DNA of 64,000 bases from Macrostomum lignano (lineage: Eukaryota). Below, piece by piece: positions 1-40,750 of this stretch (the first letter of the stretch is position 1; each line of letters begins with the position of its first letter). Below the pieces are notes generated by a model. It saw nothing but the letters and a program-made list of their open reading frames with translations. It was not told where the DNA came from and ran no database searches. A program made the translations under genes and the position numbers. The stretch lies in NCBI GenBank assembly GCA_002269645.1, contig NIVC01001614.1, positions 39,324-103,323 on the forward strand, given 5' to 3'.

Positions 1-215
1 TTGAGTCATTAAATAATTGAGTCATTAGATCATTGAGTCATTAGATCATTGAGTCATTGAGTCATTAAATAATTGAGTCATTAGATCATTGAGTCATTAA
101 ATCATTGAGTCATTAAATCATTGAGTCATTAAATAATTGAGTCATTAAATCATTGAGTCATTAAATCATTGGTCACTGAATCATTGAGTCATTGAATCGT
201 CGAGTCATTGAGTTA
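1..215. repeat. 15-16 bp tandem repeat (ATTGAGTCATTAAATC-like), about a dozen TGAGTCA cores
   Basis: Directly visible; runs off the window start; probably lies in an upstream futsch intron. Confidence 0.9.
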
Positions 216-362
216 TGCAATAATTAAGTCATCAGTCTCCCGTGGAATTTAGCGCCAAAGACGCTTACTTACGAGTACGAATAAGTGAATTTACGGCACA
301 GCAAGCAAATAGAAAACCAAACAACGCATTTTAAAACCTCAATTTCGCCGATCAATCCGCAG

Positions 363-3300
363 GCGACATCCTGCTGGAATGGCCCGGCAGCGATCAGCTG
401 ACCATTCTGGCCCTGCTGAACCCCAGCCTGCGCACTCTGGCGGAACAGCTCGCCACTATTCAGCCTCGCCACCCAAATCGTCGTATTGTCTACGCTGGCC
501 CGTTGTCGAATTCATCCGGTTGGCAACTGCGCGACGCCTTCGTGACACCTGGCCGATTGGCTCACCTGGCCGGAGACTCGGCCAGTATTGCAGCCTCCAA
601 TAATCTCAGCATTTTTGAAGAGGAGAATAGCGATGATCAGATGTTGGCTCAGTTCTCGTCTTCGCTAATTGATCGAACCGTTGCTATTAGCAACGATGCC
701 AGTAACGGTTCAATGAAAATGCGACCGCCGGCCGACGCATCGGCTGCCGGTTCAATCGACTGCTCAAATCGCCCGGCTGTCTACCTGTTCCCCGAAGCTG
801 AGTGCCCGTCACTATGCCTATGCGTTGACGGCTACTGTCTAGTTAGCGGCCTGGGCGTTAGCAACTCGCCAAGCGCCTGGCGATTCCTAGCCTGGCTGGT
901 TCGCATCGATGCCCTGCTGTTGACTAATTGGTCCGAATCTGCCGGACTTGGCGCTCTGCTCGGCCATCTGGACGGTTGCGGCGGCGGCGGGCCGAAGCTT
1001 CAAGCCTGCCTGATTCCTGGCAAGCCGCCGGCCAGCTCTGCCGCCGTGTACGATCTCATGCGCTCGTTTAATGGCGGCAATGGACTGCACGTTCAGGAGG
1101 CTTTGTCGTCTTTATCGGCTAAGAAGCCGACAGAGCCGCTCATTCTGTACTCAATGGTCGGTCGAGGCTGCCTTAACCTCTATTGTTTCCCTGTTGCTGA
1201 GCAGCAGCAGCAGCAGAAGACTAAGCCTGCTGTGGCTAAATCAAAAGATTCCGCGGCCAACGCGGCTAATTCTTTTATTAGTCTGTTAGTCTGGCAGCCG
1301 GCAGCTAAACAGGCGGACACTGCGGCTGCCTGGTCAAGAGTGTTGCTACCAGGCGCTGCCACCTATTCGCAGGTGTTGCAGGCGTTAGATCGGGGCGACG
1401 CCAAATCTATGGACTGTTTGCGCTCGCCAGTGTACACCGGACCGCAGGCCGCTGCCGCTGCTGCTGCGCCTACCTCGAAGAAAACTTCAACAGCCCCTGC
1501 TGCTGCTTCTGCCGCAAAGAAATCGTCGATTGTCAGCAAGGCAAAGCCAACAGCCGCTGCGCCAGCTGTCAAAGCTCCGGCGGCCTCTTCATCTTCAAAG
1601 CCAACATCGGCCGTGGCGTCCAAGTCTTCTAAGTCGCCTAGTCCGGCGCCAGCTGCTACGCAGGCGTCGACTGGCGCCGTTAAGAAAGCCCCGGCAGCCG
1701 CGTCCACGGCTAAGCGAGGAGTCGTCGCACCTGCCGCCGCTGCCTCGAAACCAGTCGCGAAGCCGACCGCCAAATCGGCGCCGGCGGTTAAACTGGCCCC
1801 GACAAAATCGGCAGCAACAAACGCTGCTGCAAAGCCAACAACAGCCGTTTCGAGGCCGCCTGCTAAAACTGCGCCAACTGTTGCGGCTAAGGCGCCGGCT
1901 AAACCCGAACCGAAGAAGGCGACCTCTCCGGCTCCAAAGGCTAAAGCGGAACCAGCTGTACCAAAGGCTGCCAAGGCTCCTGTCAAAGCTAAGGAAACTG
2001 CTTCTGCTCCTTCTGCTGCTGCTGCTGCTGCAACTGCCGCAAAGAAAAAAGCTCCGGCGAAAAAGCCACCTGCGGAAGTTGAGCCCGTTCCAAAAGCAGA
2101 AGACATTGTGACTGATAAGCCTCAGGACACCACAGATCTTACCGATGTTGTTGAACAGACAACGCAAGACATTGTTGAGGTATCTCAGGAAGAGCAGAAA
2201 TCTCGTGACATTGTTGAAGCTGGAAATGAGGAAGAGCAGAAATCTCACGAGATCCTTAAGGCTGCCGATGTGGAAGAGCAGAAATCTCACGAGATCCCTG
2301 AGGCTACCGATGAGGAAGATCAGAAATCGCAGATCTTTGAGGCTGCCGATGAGGAAGATCAAAAATCGCACGAGATCCTTGAGACTGCTGATGAGGAAGA
2401 TCAGAAATCGCACGAGATCCCTGAGGCTGCCGATGAGGAAGATCAGAAATCTCACGAGATTCTTGAGGCTGCCGATGAGGAAGATCAGAAATCGCACGAG
2501 ATCCTTGAGGCTGCCGATGAGGAAGATCAGAAATCGCACGATCTCCTTGAGGCTGCCGATGAGGAAGAGCAGAAATCTCACGAGATTCTTGAGGCTGCCG
2601 ATGAGGAAGATCAGAAATCTCACGAGATCCTTGAGGCTGCCGATGAGGAAGATCAGAAATCGCACGAGATCCTTGAGGCTGCCGATGAGGAAGATCAGAA
2701 ATCGCATGATATCGTCGAGGCTGACGATGATGAGGAGCAGAAATCTCAAGAGTTGGCTGATGATTATAATGATGAGAAACTGGAATCTAACGACATTACA
2801 GAGTCGGACGAGCAAGTTTCTAAAGACTTTACGGGAACCAATGATGCACACGAGAATCACCCTGAGAATGATGTTGCCCAGATGGCACAGGACGTGAATG
2901 AAGATGAAAATCTTAATCCAAATAATCAGCAGCTAATTGGTCTTCACGATCAAAGTCACGAAGGACTCGGGGAATTCGAGAAAGATCATTCGCCTAACAT
3001 ATTTGGTAATGGCAATCAGAAGCCTCAGGACATGTTCGGCGGTGATGCTGGGACACCCCAGGACGTATTCGGCGACGAGAGTCAGAAGCCACAGGACATG
3101 TTCGGCGATGAGACTCAGAAGCCACAGGAGATGTTCGGCGATGAGAGTCTGAAGCCACAGGACATGTTCGGCGATGAGACTCAGAAGCCACAGGACATGT
3201 TCGGAAATGAGACTCAGAAGCCACAGGACATGTTCGGAGATGAGATTCAGAAGCCCCAGGACATGTTCGGCGATGAGACTCAGAAGCCACAGGACATGTT

Positions 3301-4885
3301 CGGCGATGAGACTCAGAAGCCACAGGACATGTTCGGAAATGAGACTCAGAAGCCACAGGACATGTTCGGAGATGAGATTCAGAAGCCCCAGGACATGTTC
3401 GGCGATGAGACTCAGAAGCCACAGGACATGTTCGGAGATGAGATTCAGAAGCCACAGGACATGTTCGGCGATGAGAGTCAGAAGCCACAGGACATGTGCG
3501 GCGATGAGAGTCAGAAGCCACAGGACATGTGCGGCGATGAGAGTCAGAAGCCAAAGGACATGTTCGGCGATGAGACTCAGAAGCCGCAGGATATGTTCGG
3601 AAATGAGACTCAGAAGCCACAGGACATGTTCGGAGATGAAATTCAGAAGCCACAGGACATGTTCGGCGATGAGAGTCAGAAGCCCCAGGACATGTTCGGA
3701 GATGAGAGTCAGAAGCCCCAGGACATGTTCGGCGATGAGAGTCAGAAGCCACAGGACATGTTCGGAGATGAGAGTCAGACAGCTCACGTGTTTAGCAACG
3801 GTGGCAATGGCAAAAATTACTCGGACGCTATCCAGACAATGCGACCTCGTTACCATAGCAGCCAGTCTGGCGACGGAGCCAGCGCTAGCGATGATCCCGT
3901 TGATGACGATGACCAAATTGGCACCGAAGAGGTCGACGATATCGTGTGGCGCGGACCTGGCAATGCCATGCAGCAGCAGCCGCTGGAGCCGTCACCAAAA
4001 TTGGACACGGATTACCTACCCGGCAACGACGACGGACACCGACTGTCGGCTATGGAAGATGCCGAGGCTGTCCGGCCAGTGTCCGGTGAGTACGGCTTCG
4101 CCCGCGATTCCGACGACAACAACGACGACGACAACGATTCGGTGAAATTGGCACCGCCGGCTATTATCGGTAAATCGACGCTCGACAGTGTAGACGAATT
4201 CGGTAATAACGACACTAGCGGTGGCAGCCTCCCAATGCCTGGCAGCGCCAACGGCAACGGCACTTCGTCTTATCTGTCCGATTCTGTGCTTCAAGCTAAC
4301 GCTGAGGCCGATTCTACGGCTGGAGTTGGTGACGATGATTTGGCCGGAGTTGGCATGACAGATTCGTTCTATCGACACGGCAACGGGGGCGCTGGCGACC
4401 TGGACCAGCTGCAGCAACAGCCACAGATAGATCCAATCAGCGGCTGGGATCAGCCTCTGGGACTTCCAGCTCCGCCACCGTCCGCCGCGTCGAAGCGACC
4501 GACATCTTCATCGACAAATTCGTCCTCATCAACCGGTGCGGTTTATTGGTTCGACTTGGCCTACATTCCCGGCTGCGGCCAGCCTAACAGCGTCGATGTT
4601 GAATTTTTCCGACGCGTTCGAGCTCGTCACTACGCTCTGGCTAGCTGCCAGCCGGATACCAGCGTGTTGAACGCACTGCTGGAAGCTAAATTGGCCTCTT
4701 GGCCAGCTGAAGAGACCTGCTTAGTGCCGGCTTACGACACGGAGACCATGTCCTGCTGGCTTGGCGCCAATGCCACCCGCTTAGCCGAGGCCAACATTCG
4801 CGTGGCCCCGGCTGTGGCCGGCTGTCAGGTGCGAATGGGCTCTGGCGACTCGGCCGGATGCGCCGGCTACAGGGTTGAGCTGTGA
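363..4885 (+). CDS. futsch: Microtubule-associated protein 1 / Futsch-like, 5'-partial (large terminal exon)
   Basis: The frame is open upstream of the track ORF to the acceptor TCCGCAG|GC at 361-362, with an in-frame stop at 332. N-terminal ALLNPSLRTLAEQL..RRIVYAGPLSNSSGWQLRDAF matches the MAP1/Futsch N-domain. C-terminal FDLAYIP..VDVEFFRRVRARHY..LNALLEAK..PAYDTE..CAGYRVEL matches the MAP1 light-chain domain. The middle has a K/A/P-rich basic region followed by acidic repeats. It needs an upstream exon (possibly about 236-284, or outside the window). Confidence 0.88.
2185..2750 (+). repeat. Coding 42-bp repeat (QKSHEILEAADEED x about 14) inside futsch
   Basis: Seen in both the DNA and the translation. 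Confidence 0.95.
3020..3780 (+). repeat. Coding 33-bp repeat (QKPQDMFGDE[S/T/I] x about 23) inside futsch
   Basis: Seen in both the DNA and the translation. Confidence 0.95.
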
Positions 4886-5092
4886 AGCCGCTGAGTTGTT
4901 TGATAAGGACGTTTGAAACGATATAAGAAACGAAACAAAAACTATAAACTGTATAGATTCAACCAAGACTTGGGGCACTTTAACCTTCTCAAACTATCCC
5001 ATGGATGAGGGAATATATGATTTATACTTAGTTACCTAAACAAGGAAGCCTGTAATATCGCACAAATTTACGTCATTACAACAGATTTCCTT

Positions 5093-5572
5093 AGCCCGTT
5101 GAAAACGATACCGTGACAAGAATTGCTAAAAAGTCGTTGCAACCAACTCACTTACTAGTGACTCTAGCAACTCTGGGGCGGCTCTTGTGACTTTTTGACG
5201 ACTCAAACGCGTATAATGCAACGGAGAGGCGACTGTTGCGTCATAATCACAAGCGCGTCGCGTGAGTTGTAGAATCGTAAAAAAATCGTCAAGCGACGCA
5301 AAGGCGCTCAGTGACTCTAAAGCGACTCTAGCACGCCTCAGATACGACTCCACGGCCCCAGAGTCGTTCTACCGTCGCTCCAGAGTCGCAGACAAATAAA
5401 AGGCTTTAATGTGACTCTTAAGCGACTGACTCTTTGACGACTTTTTGGCGACTTTTACCGTGACATCTCGTCGTTTTTGAGTCGTCTAGAGTCGCTTCTT
5501 TTATATTTTACCCGTGCTACCTGCAACGACTCTGAAACGCTTCTTGACCTAGGTGCCGTTTTCATTGGGTAG
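5093..5572. mobile_element. Putative degenerate MITE
   Basis: Imperfect terminal inverted repeats (CCCGTTGAAAACG / CGTTTTCATTGGG); interior dense in GACTC/GAGTC and CGAC/GTCG motifs; no clear TSD. Confidence 0.4.
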
Positions 5573-7775
5573 TTCACAACTAGATATTTCGCTGACAGGC
5601 CAGTCCATTAATCCACGTATTTATGGCTCAGTTAATTTGGTTAGATAGCGAGTTAAGAGAGGATCGAAATTGATATGATTGAGGACTAAGTCCAATTTAA
5701 TTCATTCTTACTTGCCATTGTCCGTTGAGTAATCTTTTGTTTGTTTCATCGCTTGTTAAAGATCACAAGGTCTTTCCATCAATGCTTGATTAAAACAAAA
5801 TAAAACAGCCCTTCTTGATGATTTTAAGGTAGTTTGTGTACTTTTGTAGTCAAGCTGGATAATAATTAAAAAAAAGTAGCGAAACGGCTTTTTGTTGAAG
5901 AAAAGTCTGTGGAAAATTTCTATTAATTATCCATTTATTAATTTTATTTTATTTTTGTACTGATATTCGCGTTTAAATTTATTAATGTCGCTTTAACAAT
6001 TGCGCTATTTTTATTTCCGCTATAATTATATTTTGAATATAACGAATCACATTTGCTGCACGCTTATTGCAATTGATAAATAGTAAATTCAAAGTCCGCT
6101 GTTATATTCAGAAGCACCTCAGTACTTACTTGTCAACGTCTCTTGTTTTATTTTATTCCCGCTTTTATCTTTTAACAAAAAGTGTAACTAAATCTGTGTG
6201 TGAATGTGCAATTTTTTAGCGAAATTATTAGTCGAAAATTCAACCGCAATATAACCTGGCTACAATTAATTGACATTGTTACTGCATTGGATGTTGTTTG
6301 TACTTTTTTTTAATTACTAATTCGACAATTGAAATTTGTCTGTTTGTCCGGCTGTCAAAAAACAAGCTTTCTAAAAACATTTTACAGCTTAAATTTGCCT
6401 TAAGAGAATAAACCCGTGTTTACTAATTAAACTGTGCCGCTTTCAATGTTTCACTTTTTATTGTCACAGCTCGCTATCTGGATATGTCTAGCTTTTTTGT
6501 TTGTTTTTGTTTATTTATAATATATTTATTTGTGGGTAATTTATGCTACAAAATTTATTTTAGTGTCCCTAAACTTTGGTTTGACCGTTTTTAACTCCTA
6601 TTTATAATGAAATCTGTTTGTGTCTACATTGTCATGATTAATTATAATTAATTTTTACCAAGCAATGATTAACCGGTTATCCATGTATTAAAATTCGATT
6701 CTATTAAAGCTTGAATTATAGCTGGCAAGCCTTGCTACTAATTAATTATATTGAAATTCTAAGTGTTGTGCAGCTGCCCAGTGCTTTTTGAAAGCTTTAG
6801 CATAACTCTCGAAACTTTATAAAGTCCGATTTTTTTGCAAAAATTATAACAAAAAATAAATTCATAAAGGAAAAGCCATTCACACAACCCAGCGGAGAGA
6901 GGCCGCGCGCCTTTCCGAGCGCCTCTCTCTGGCTTCCTTATTTCTTTCTAAATGCACTGCTTTGCCCAGTTTCGCTTTACAAATCTTTCTGACTTGAAAC
7001 GCATTCAGTTCTTTAACTACGTTTAGCCTGGATTCCTTGACCCGGAAGAAATCCGTTTCTTTTCGTGGGAATTCACGTCAGGTCGTAAACTACATCTGCT
7101 ACTTCGCTGCAATAAAATGTGATTTAAAATCCGTTTGTAAAAAAACAAAAAAAAACGAAAAAAAGAAATCAATTTTGTTAGCTAAAATATAGTTATACGA
7201 GTACTTTAGTCGATGTATAATTTAATGTATATATAAATATACCAGGTAACATCCGTCTAAAGTTTGTTTAATAGGCAACCTTAAATAAAAGTGTTACATG
7301 TCATGTAATAAATAATTATATAAGAATTCAAATTAATTGTTAAGGTGTAGAAAAGATTAACAACAATCTTCTATTACGCAAAAAATCGCGAAAACACTCG
7401 ATAGAAAATATATGGAGATTTTTAATATATAAAAATTATCACAGCTGTTCTTTCAACCCATTAGTTTGATAACGTTTAGTTTGGCAAGTTTTGTTTATAA
7501 TAATAAATAACAATTACAGTCAATCATAGATAATAACTCGCCTTAATCACAACAGCGATAGGGAGGCATAGAGGCAATGTGCTGGAAGAAAGACTGCCAT
7601 TAATCAATTGTTGGTTTCTTTTCATGTTATTTTCCTAATCAGAATCTCTGCAGCTCAATGAGGCTGTTGTACCAACAGAATGAAGGATGTGAATCTTTAC
7701 TGAGGATTTTGTCTGCTAGATTTTCTTATTTAAAAAAGTACATGAGCTTGTACTAAAAAACATTCGAGATAGAGC

Positions 7776-19331
<11,556 letters not shown>

Positions 19332-20831
19332 GTCAAAGCCAGGAGTGTTGGTAGGGTTGTCTTTTTTGCTTTAATATTTAAATGGACGACAAATTAGCCA
19401 AGGAATATTGTAAAATGATCTTTCAAGTTTTCTGAATGGTACCTATCCAAATATTCCAATCATTTAACTGTATAGAGTCTTTAAAAGTTCATTAGGCTAA
19501 ATAACGCAGGATTTCCCTAATTTCATTCATTCGAGACAAGAAAAAAGACAATTTTAAAAGATAAATCAACTACAGTTTTGTTTCTTTGCATCAATCTAAT
19601 TTTTTTGTTTCGACGCTTTGTTGCATTGAAAATCGATAATGAACTTTTTAACAAAATACATTTGAAGCTATACTTTTAGCTATATAGGCATAGCTATGTA
19701 TAAATGCTTTTTGCTAGAATTAAAAGTAACAAAAATTTGTCAATAACTTTTTTTCGTCTACTAGTATTTTTGAGACCCTATTACAGAAACCCAAAATTTT
19801 TTTATTGTGATAACTGATTGTCTGCACTCTGTAAAAGGTGATAATAAGTGAAATGGATCATTGCTTTGAAGGAAAATTTCTTGAAAAATAATTATGTATT
19901 GATGATAAAATTAACAGCAGCTGTTGTTGGGTGCAATAAAATTTCAAAAGTGATGGGTTAGCGGGCTCGATGAAATAAATATAAGGCGAAATTTAAGTAC
20001 TGTACTTACTTGCTTTACTGTACTGTGTACTGTACACTATACAGTAAACATACTAAATATTGGATTTTCTTAGCTAAATTGGGAGGAAATAGCCTCCTAG
20101 ACCTAAATAAAAATATCCAACTGCTAGCTTTCCTACGCCAATACTATACGTAGTATACTATACCTAGTTACTATATCATACCTGGTTATCTAAAACCTAG
20201 ACAAAAGTATCATAGCCGTGTAGCGAATGAGCGAAGTAGCAATTTTGTTGTATTAGGAAGTATTGCCAAACACTATTGTGTGCTATTGTGACGACTGCCA
20301 AACAAAAAATTCGACAAAGCTCTAGCAGATTGGCTTTCTGTGAGCTGATATTAAACCCGGATGGTTATATTCTAGGAGCTGTCTAATAGCATTGTACATT
20401 ACGCAGTGTCAGTGTCAGAGTCCAAGAAATGGAAAACTTGGAAAAACATTCTCACTTGTTGAAAATTTAACTCCCACTCAAAAAAGTTGAAAGTGATTAT
20501 TGCAAGATTCAACTAGCAACACGTAGTTAATGCTTTAGTTGCAATATTAGGAATATTTTATAAGTTTTTTTATTACTTTTTAAAGATTAGCCAGTAATTA
20601 AAGTGAGCTTTGTGTAGCATGTATTAGTAATATTTGTTTTAGCAAGCAAAGTTTTTGTCTATTTTTAATATTGAATGTTTGTCTATATTGGACCGGCCAA
20701 TGAAGACAATAATATACTCTGCGAATTCAATGCTATATATTTTCATATCAAGAAATAGTTATCTTTTGTGAAACTTATTACTACTCTATAATCTCCAGTT
20801 CTCCACTATATCAAGGAAAGGCGTGAACAAA

Positions 20832-36539
<15,708 letters not shown>

Positions 36540-36739
36540 TTTATTGACTTATTGATTAATGTTATAGAATAATAATATTGTACATAGTTACTCGGCTATC
36601 CACATGCGTCTATAAGTTGAATGATCAAGGTTTTGGTTATAGAGTTTTATCGTCTGTGGTATGCAGCCGATACCTTTTAAGCTTGTTTATATTACAAAAG
36701 ATCATTAGATTTATACGATCATCTGTAGGTTCAGTGGAA

Positions 36740-37555
36740 CATTGCTATGACCCACTGTAGGGTCATTGAAAGATTGCTATGACCCACTGTAGGATCATTG
36801 AAAGATTGCTATGACCCACTGTAGGATCATTGAAAGATTGCTATGACCCACTGTAGGATCATTGAAAGATTGCTATGACCCACTGTAGGATCATTGAAAG
36901 ATTGCTATGACCCACTGTAGGATCATTGAAAGATTGCTATGACCCACTGTAGGGTTACTAAAAGATTGCTATGACCCACTGTAGGGTCATTGAAAGATTG
37001 CTATGACCCACTGTAGGGTTACTAAAAGATTGCTATGACCCACTGTAGGGTTACTAAAAGATTGCTATGACCCACTGTAGGGTCATTGAAAGATTGCTAT
37101 GACCCACTGTAGGATCATTGAAAGATTGCTATGACCCACTGTAGGGTCATTGAAAGATTGCTATGACCCACTGTAGGATCATTGAAAGATTGCTATGACC
37201 CACTGTAGGGTTATTAATAGATCGCTGTGACCCACTGTAGGATCATTGAAAGATTGCTGTGACCCACTGTAGGGTTATTAATAGATCGCTGTGACCCACT
37301 GTAGGATCATTAAAAGATTGCTATGACCCACTGTAGGGTCATTATAAGATTGCTATGACCCACTGTAGGGTTACTAATAGATCGCTGTGACCCACTTATC
37401 ACTGAAGTCCAGTAATTCAGGGCCACGAGGATCTGGAAGATTGCTATGACCCACTGTAGGGTCATTGAAAGATTGCTATGACCCACTGTAGGGTTACTAA
37501 TAGATCGCTGTGACCCACTTATCACTGAAGTCCAGTAATTCAGGGCCACGAGGAT
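36740..37555. repeat. 32-bp minisatellite (TGCTATGACCCACTGTAGGATCATTGAAAGAT)
   Basis: Directly visible; downstream of the FEM1B stop. Confidence 0.95.
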
Positions 37556-38362
37556 CTGGAAGATCGCAAATTCTGTTTATAGCCTGTTAAAAGCCTTTCA
37601 TATATTACTCACTTGAATTCACTTTTTAAGTCTGTAATTCTTTATTTTAAAATCGTATCCTGTCCGCTCAGTTTTCACTTACGCCTTGGATATTCATGTT
37701 TATCCTAGATAGAAGCTGCTTTATCTGATGTAAAACTAACAGAAAGACACCTGATTTTGTAAATTTATAACGTTACTTACAGTAGTCTTTCTTATTCAAC
37801 TTTGTGTCTTGTTTTGTAATTTTTCTGTCTTAATTTCATTAAAAAACTTGTGATTGTTGATTTGTATATTTTTGTGTTAATTTCTCTGTTTAATTCATTT
37901 AGTGCTACTGAGTTGCATTGTAGACACAAGTAGTATATAAAATTGGCTGACATTAAGAAAAAGCAAAAACTACAGACTTATTATCCATTAATTAAGAAAT
38001 AGGTATACTACTTCTAGTAGATTCAATAGCTTAAGCAGTTTTAATTTTTTTCTATAGTAATTATTACCAATCTGCTGATATCGTGTTTATATTCAGCCAA
38101 ATATAATATCTTTGTTCAATTGTAAAACTCCTATAATAAATAAACAAAATTAATTATTATTTTAAATGCAAATTCAGTTTATTTGGTTTCTTTGAGACGG
38201 GTGCACAGGAAAAAGTTATACTCACGTATTAGACTACAAATTGTTTGTTATAAACTCAAACCCGTTGATTCTTAAAAATAATAATTCAAGCAACAGATGA
38301 CCCAACGAGTCGGAGTATAGGCATGAGAAAAATTATTATTAAACAATGCTGTTGCTACGCTG

Positions 38363-40750
38363 TCAGTCGGTCGAGTCCACCTCTCGTCTTCGGCGTCTTG
38401 TCAGGCCCATCAGCTTGAATAGGTGGCTTCTCTGGCGCCGGTGACCCTGCTGCTGTTTTTGTTGCTGCTGCTGCTGCTGCCGCTTTCTGCTTGTGGCGGC
38501 GCTCAAATTGTCGGCTGCCGCCAGATCGACGCAAGTCAGAGTGGCCATAGACGGATTTGAAGTGTCACAATCGGCCTCGCTTATATCCGTCAGGCTCTGT
38601 CGCAGGCTGGAGTCAATTTGGCCTAGCAGTTGGTCGCAAGTTCGAATCCTATTAACAGTCAGGTTGGCCAGCTCCGAGGTTGTTAGAATCGATCGAATCC
38701 GATCGAGTTGAGTCAGGCAGCTCTGTTGGATTTGTCGAATTTCAATCAAATCGTTACCTGGCTGATCCTCAAGTGTCAAAGGAGACAGCGGGGCAACTCC
38801 GCTGCAGGTGAAAAATGCCGAGTCCATTGAGGCTGCCGTGTCCTTGCAGTTGGATTGAGTTTCCACTGTGCTATTGGAGAGATCCGGAGACTGATCAATG
38901 ATTGCTGCTTGCTGGTTCGAGTTCGCCTGTTGGTCAAGCAGCAACTGCCAGGCTAGGGAGGCGTCTGTTGATGAGGCTGCTTAGGGATGGGGCGGATATG
39001 GGAGTAATGAGTTACCAACGATAGAACCAAGTTGTCCTTTAGGGGCGTAGCCATAAGGAGCGGAGCAAGTGATGGTGCACCTTAAAATTAAAAACCCTAT
39101 GGCTTGGGCAGGCATAAACGACAATTGCCATGCGCTTGATCCCCCGCCCCACCTTGAGGCCTGTTATGGAAATCAATAATTTTGCTTCCGCGGGCGCCAA
39201 AACGATCCAGTGCCGGCGGCGTTAAAATCGAGTGTCTGTGGCGCCAAAATGATCGAGTGCCAGTGGCGCCAAAACGATCCAGTGCCGGCGGCGTTAAAAT
39301 CGAGTGTCTGTGGCGCCAAAATGATCGAGTGCCTGTGGCGCCAAACTGATCGAGTGCCTGCGGCGTTGAAATACATGTAAGTGCCAGTGGCGCCAAAATG
39401 ATCCAGTACCTGCGGCGCTAAAATGATCGAGTGCCTGCGGCGTTAAAATGATCGAGTGCCTGCGGCGCCAAAACGATCGAGTGCCTGTGGCGCCAAACTG
39501 ATCCAGTGCCTGTGACGCCAAAACGATCGAGTGCCTGCGGTGCCAAAACGATCGAGTGCCTGCGGTGCCAAAACGATCGAGTGCCTGTGACGCCAAAACG
39601 ATCGAGTGCCTGTGACGCCAAAACGATCGAGTGCCTGTGGCGCCAAAACGATCGAGTGCCTGCGGCGTTGAAAAAAGTGCCAGTGGCGCCAAAATGATCC
39701 AGTGCCTGCGGCGCTAAAATGATCGAGTGCCAGTGGCGCCAAAACGAGTGCCTGCGGTGCCAAAATGAGGGCAAACACCACCGATTCCCAAAAATAATAT
39801 GTAGAAATTTAGTCGTGTAATGCGCTCGTAAAATTCTCGGCTTCGTCCCGCACCATAAAATCGATTGCGACATCCTTGGACATGTATGTCATGTACCGAT
39901 CCTTACTGCAGAAGCTTTGGCACCCCTAAGTGCTTGCCATGCAGTTTCCATTGTACATATCATAGCCCATTCAAATGAAGGGTCTTCCCCCAGCTGACTC
40001 ACGCAAATCCCAAGTCTCAGTAGCTGTTGTCTCCTCCAGCTGCTGCTGTTGCACCGACTGATTCAACCGACGCCGATGCAGTGGTCGCTGCTGCTGAAGT
40101 CGGGCCGGTTTCCTACTGCTGGCCTTGCCACAGGCGCGCTTTTGAGCTTGATGATGCAGCAACAGTTGAGGCCTTCGACTGGGCGAATCCAGGTCAGTCT
40201 TGGCCGCGCTCTTCGTCGACAGAACCATCGGCACCGCCCGCTTAGCAGCCAGGATTGTCGCTTCTGCTCTACAGTAGCAACAGACGCTGTAGCTTATCGC
40301 GGACACAATGTCCTTTTCCGTTAGCTCATCCGATGATGTAGCCAACTCTGCTAGATTGTCATCCACAAACACTCGCTGAGTTGAGTAGCTCAACATCCGA
40401 CTCTCCTGATTGGCCAGATCCACTCGGCAGGCAGCAACGGGAAAGCCGAAATGCCTGACTGGCGACAGAGGTGCTCGCTCGTCCCAGCTGCTGGTGAACT
40501 CCTGCAAACTGTGGTAGGTCAGCTGACTCGACAGCGACTGACCTGCCGTCGTTGATGCCACCATAGCAGCATTGACGACATGTCCTGAGCACAGCTGCTG
40601 CGCCACAGAGTCGCACAGATGAGGCAATAGCTGACGCCGATTCAGCGTTAACTGATGGCGTCTTTTCGACCTGATGAATCCGAAACGGCGCTTCCCCGTG
40701 TTGCCGCGTACATGATGAAGCAGACAAGCGGAACCAACGATGCTTTTCAT
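38363..40750 (-). CDS. Hypothetical protein, 2 exons, about 453 aa
   Basis: Exon 1 is 40750-40003 (donor C|GTGAGT, phase 1). Exon 2 is 38976 (or 38979)-38363 (acceptor CCCTAAGCAG|CC). Splicing joins two track ORFs in frame. The sequence looks coding (Q runs, basic C-terminus), but I recognise no family. Confidence 0.6.
39190..39765. repeat. Degenerate 25-bp minisatellite (GGCGCCAAAACGATCGAGTGCCTGT)
   Basis: Directly visible; intron of the hypothetical gene. Confidence 0.9.

Noticed and set aside
887-4417. Overlapping and antisense ORFs within futsch
   Set aside because: They are shadow frames of the low-complexity, repetitive coding sequence.
6880-6940. Purine/pyrimidine hairpin GGAGAGAGG..CCTCTCTCT as a possible ncRNA
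   Set aside because: It is an isolated low-complexity stem with no recognisable RNA family features.
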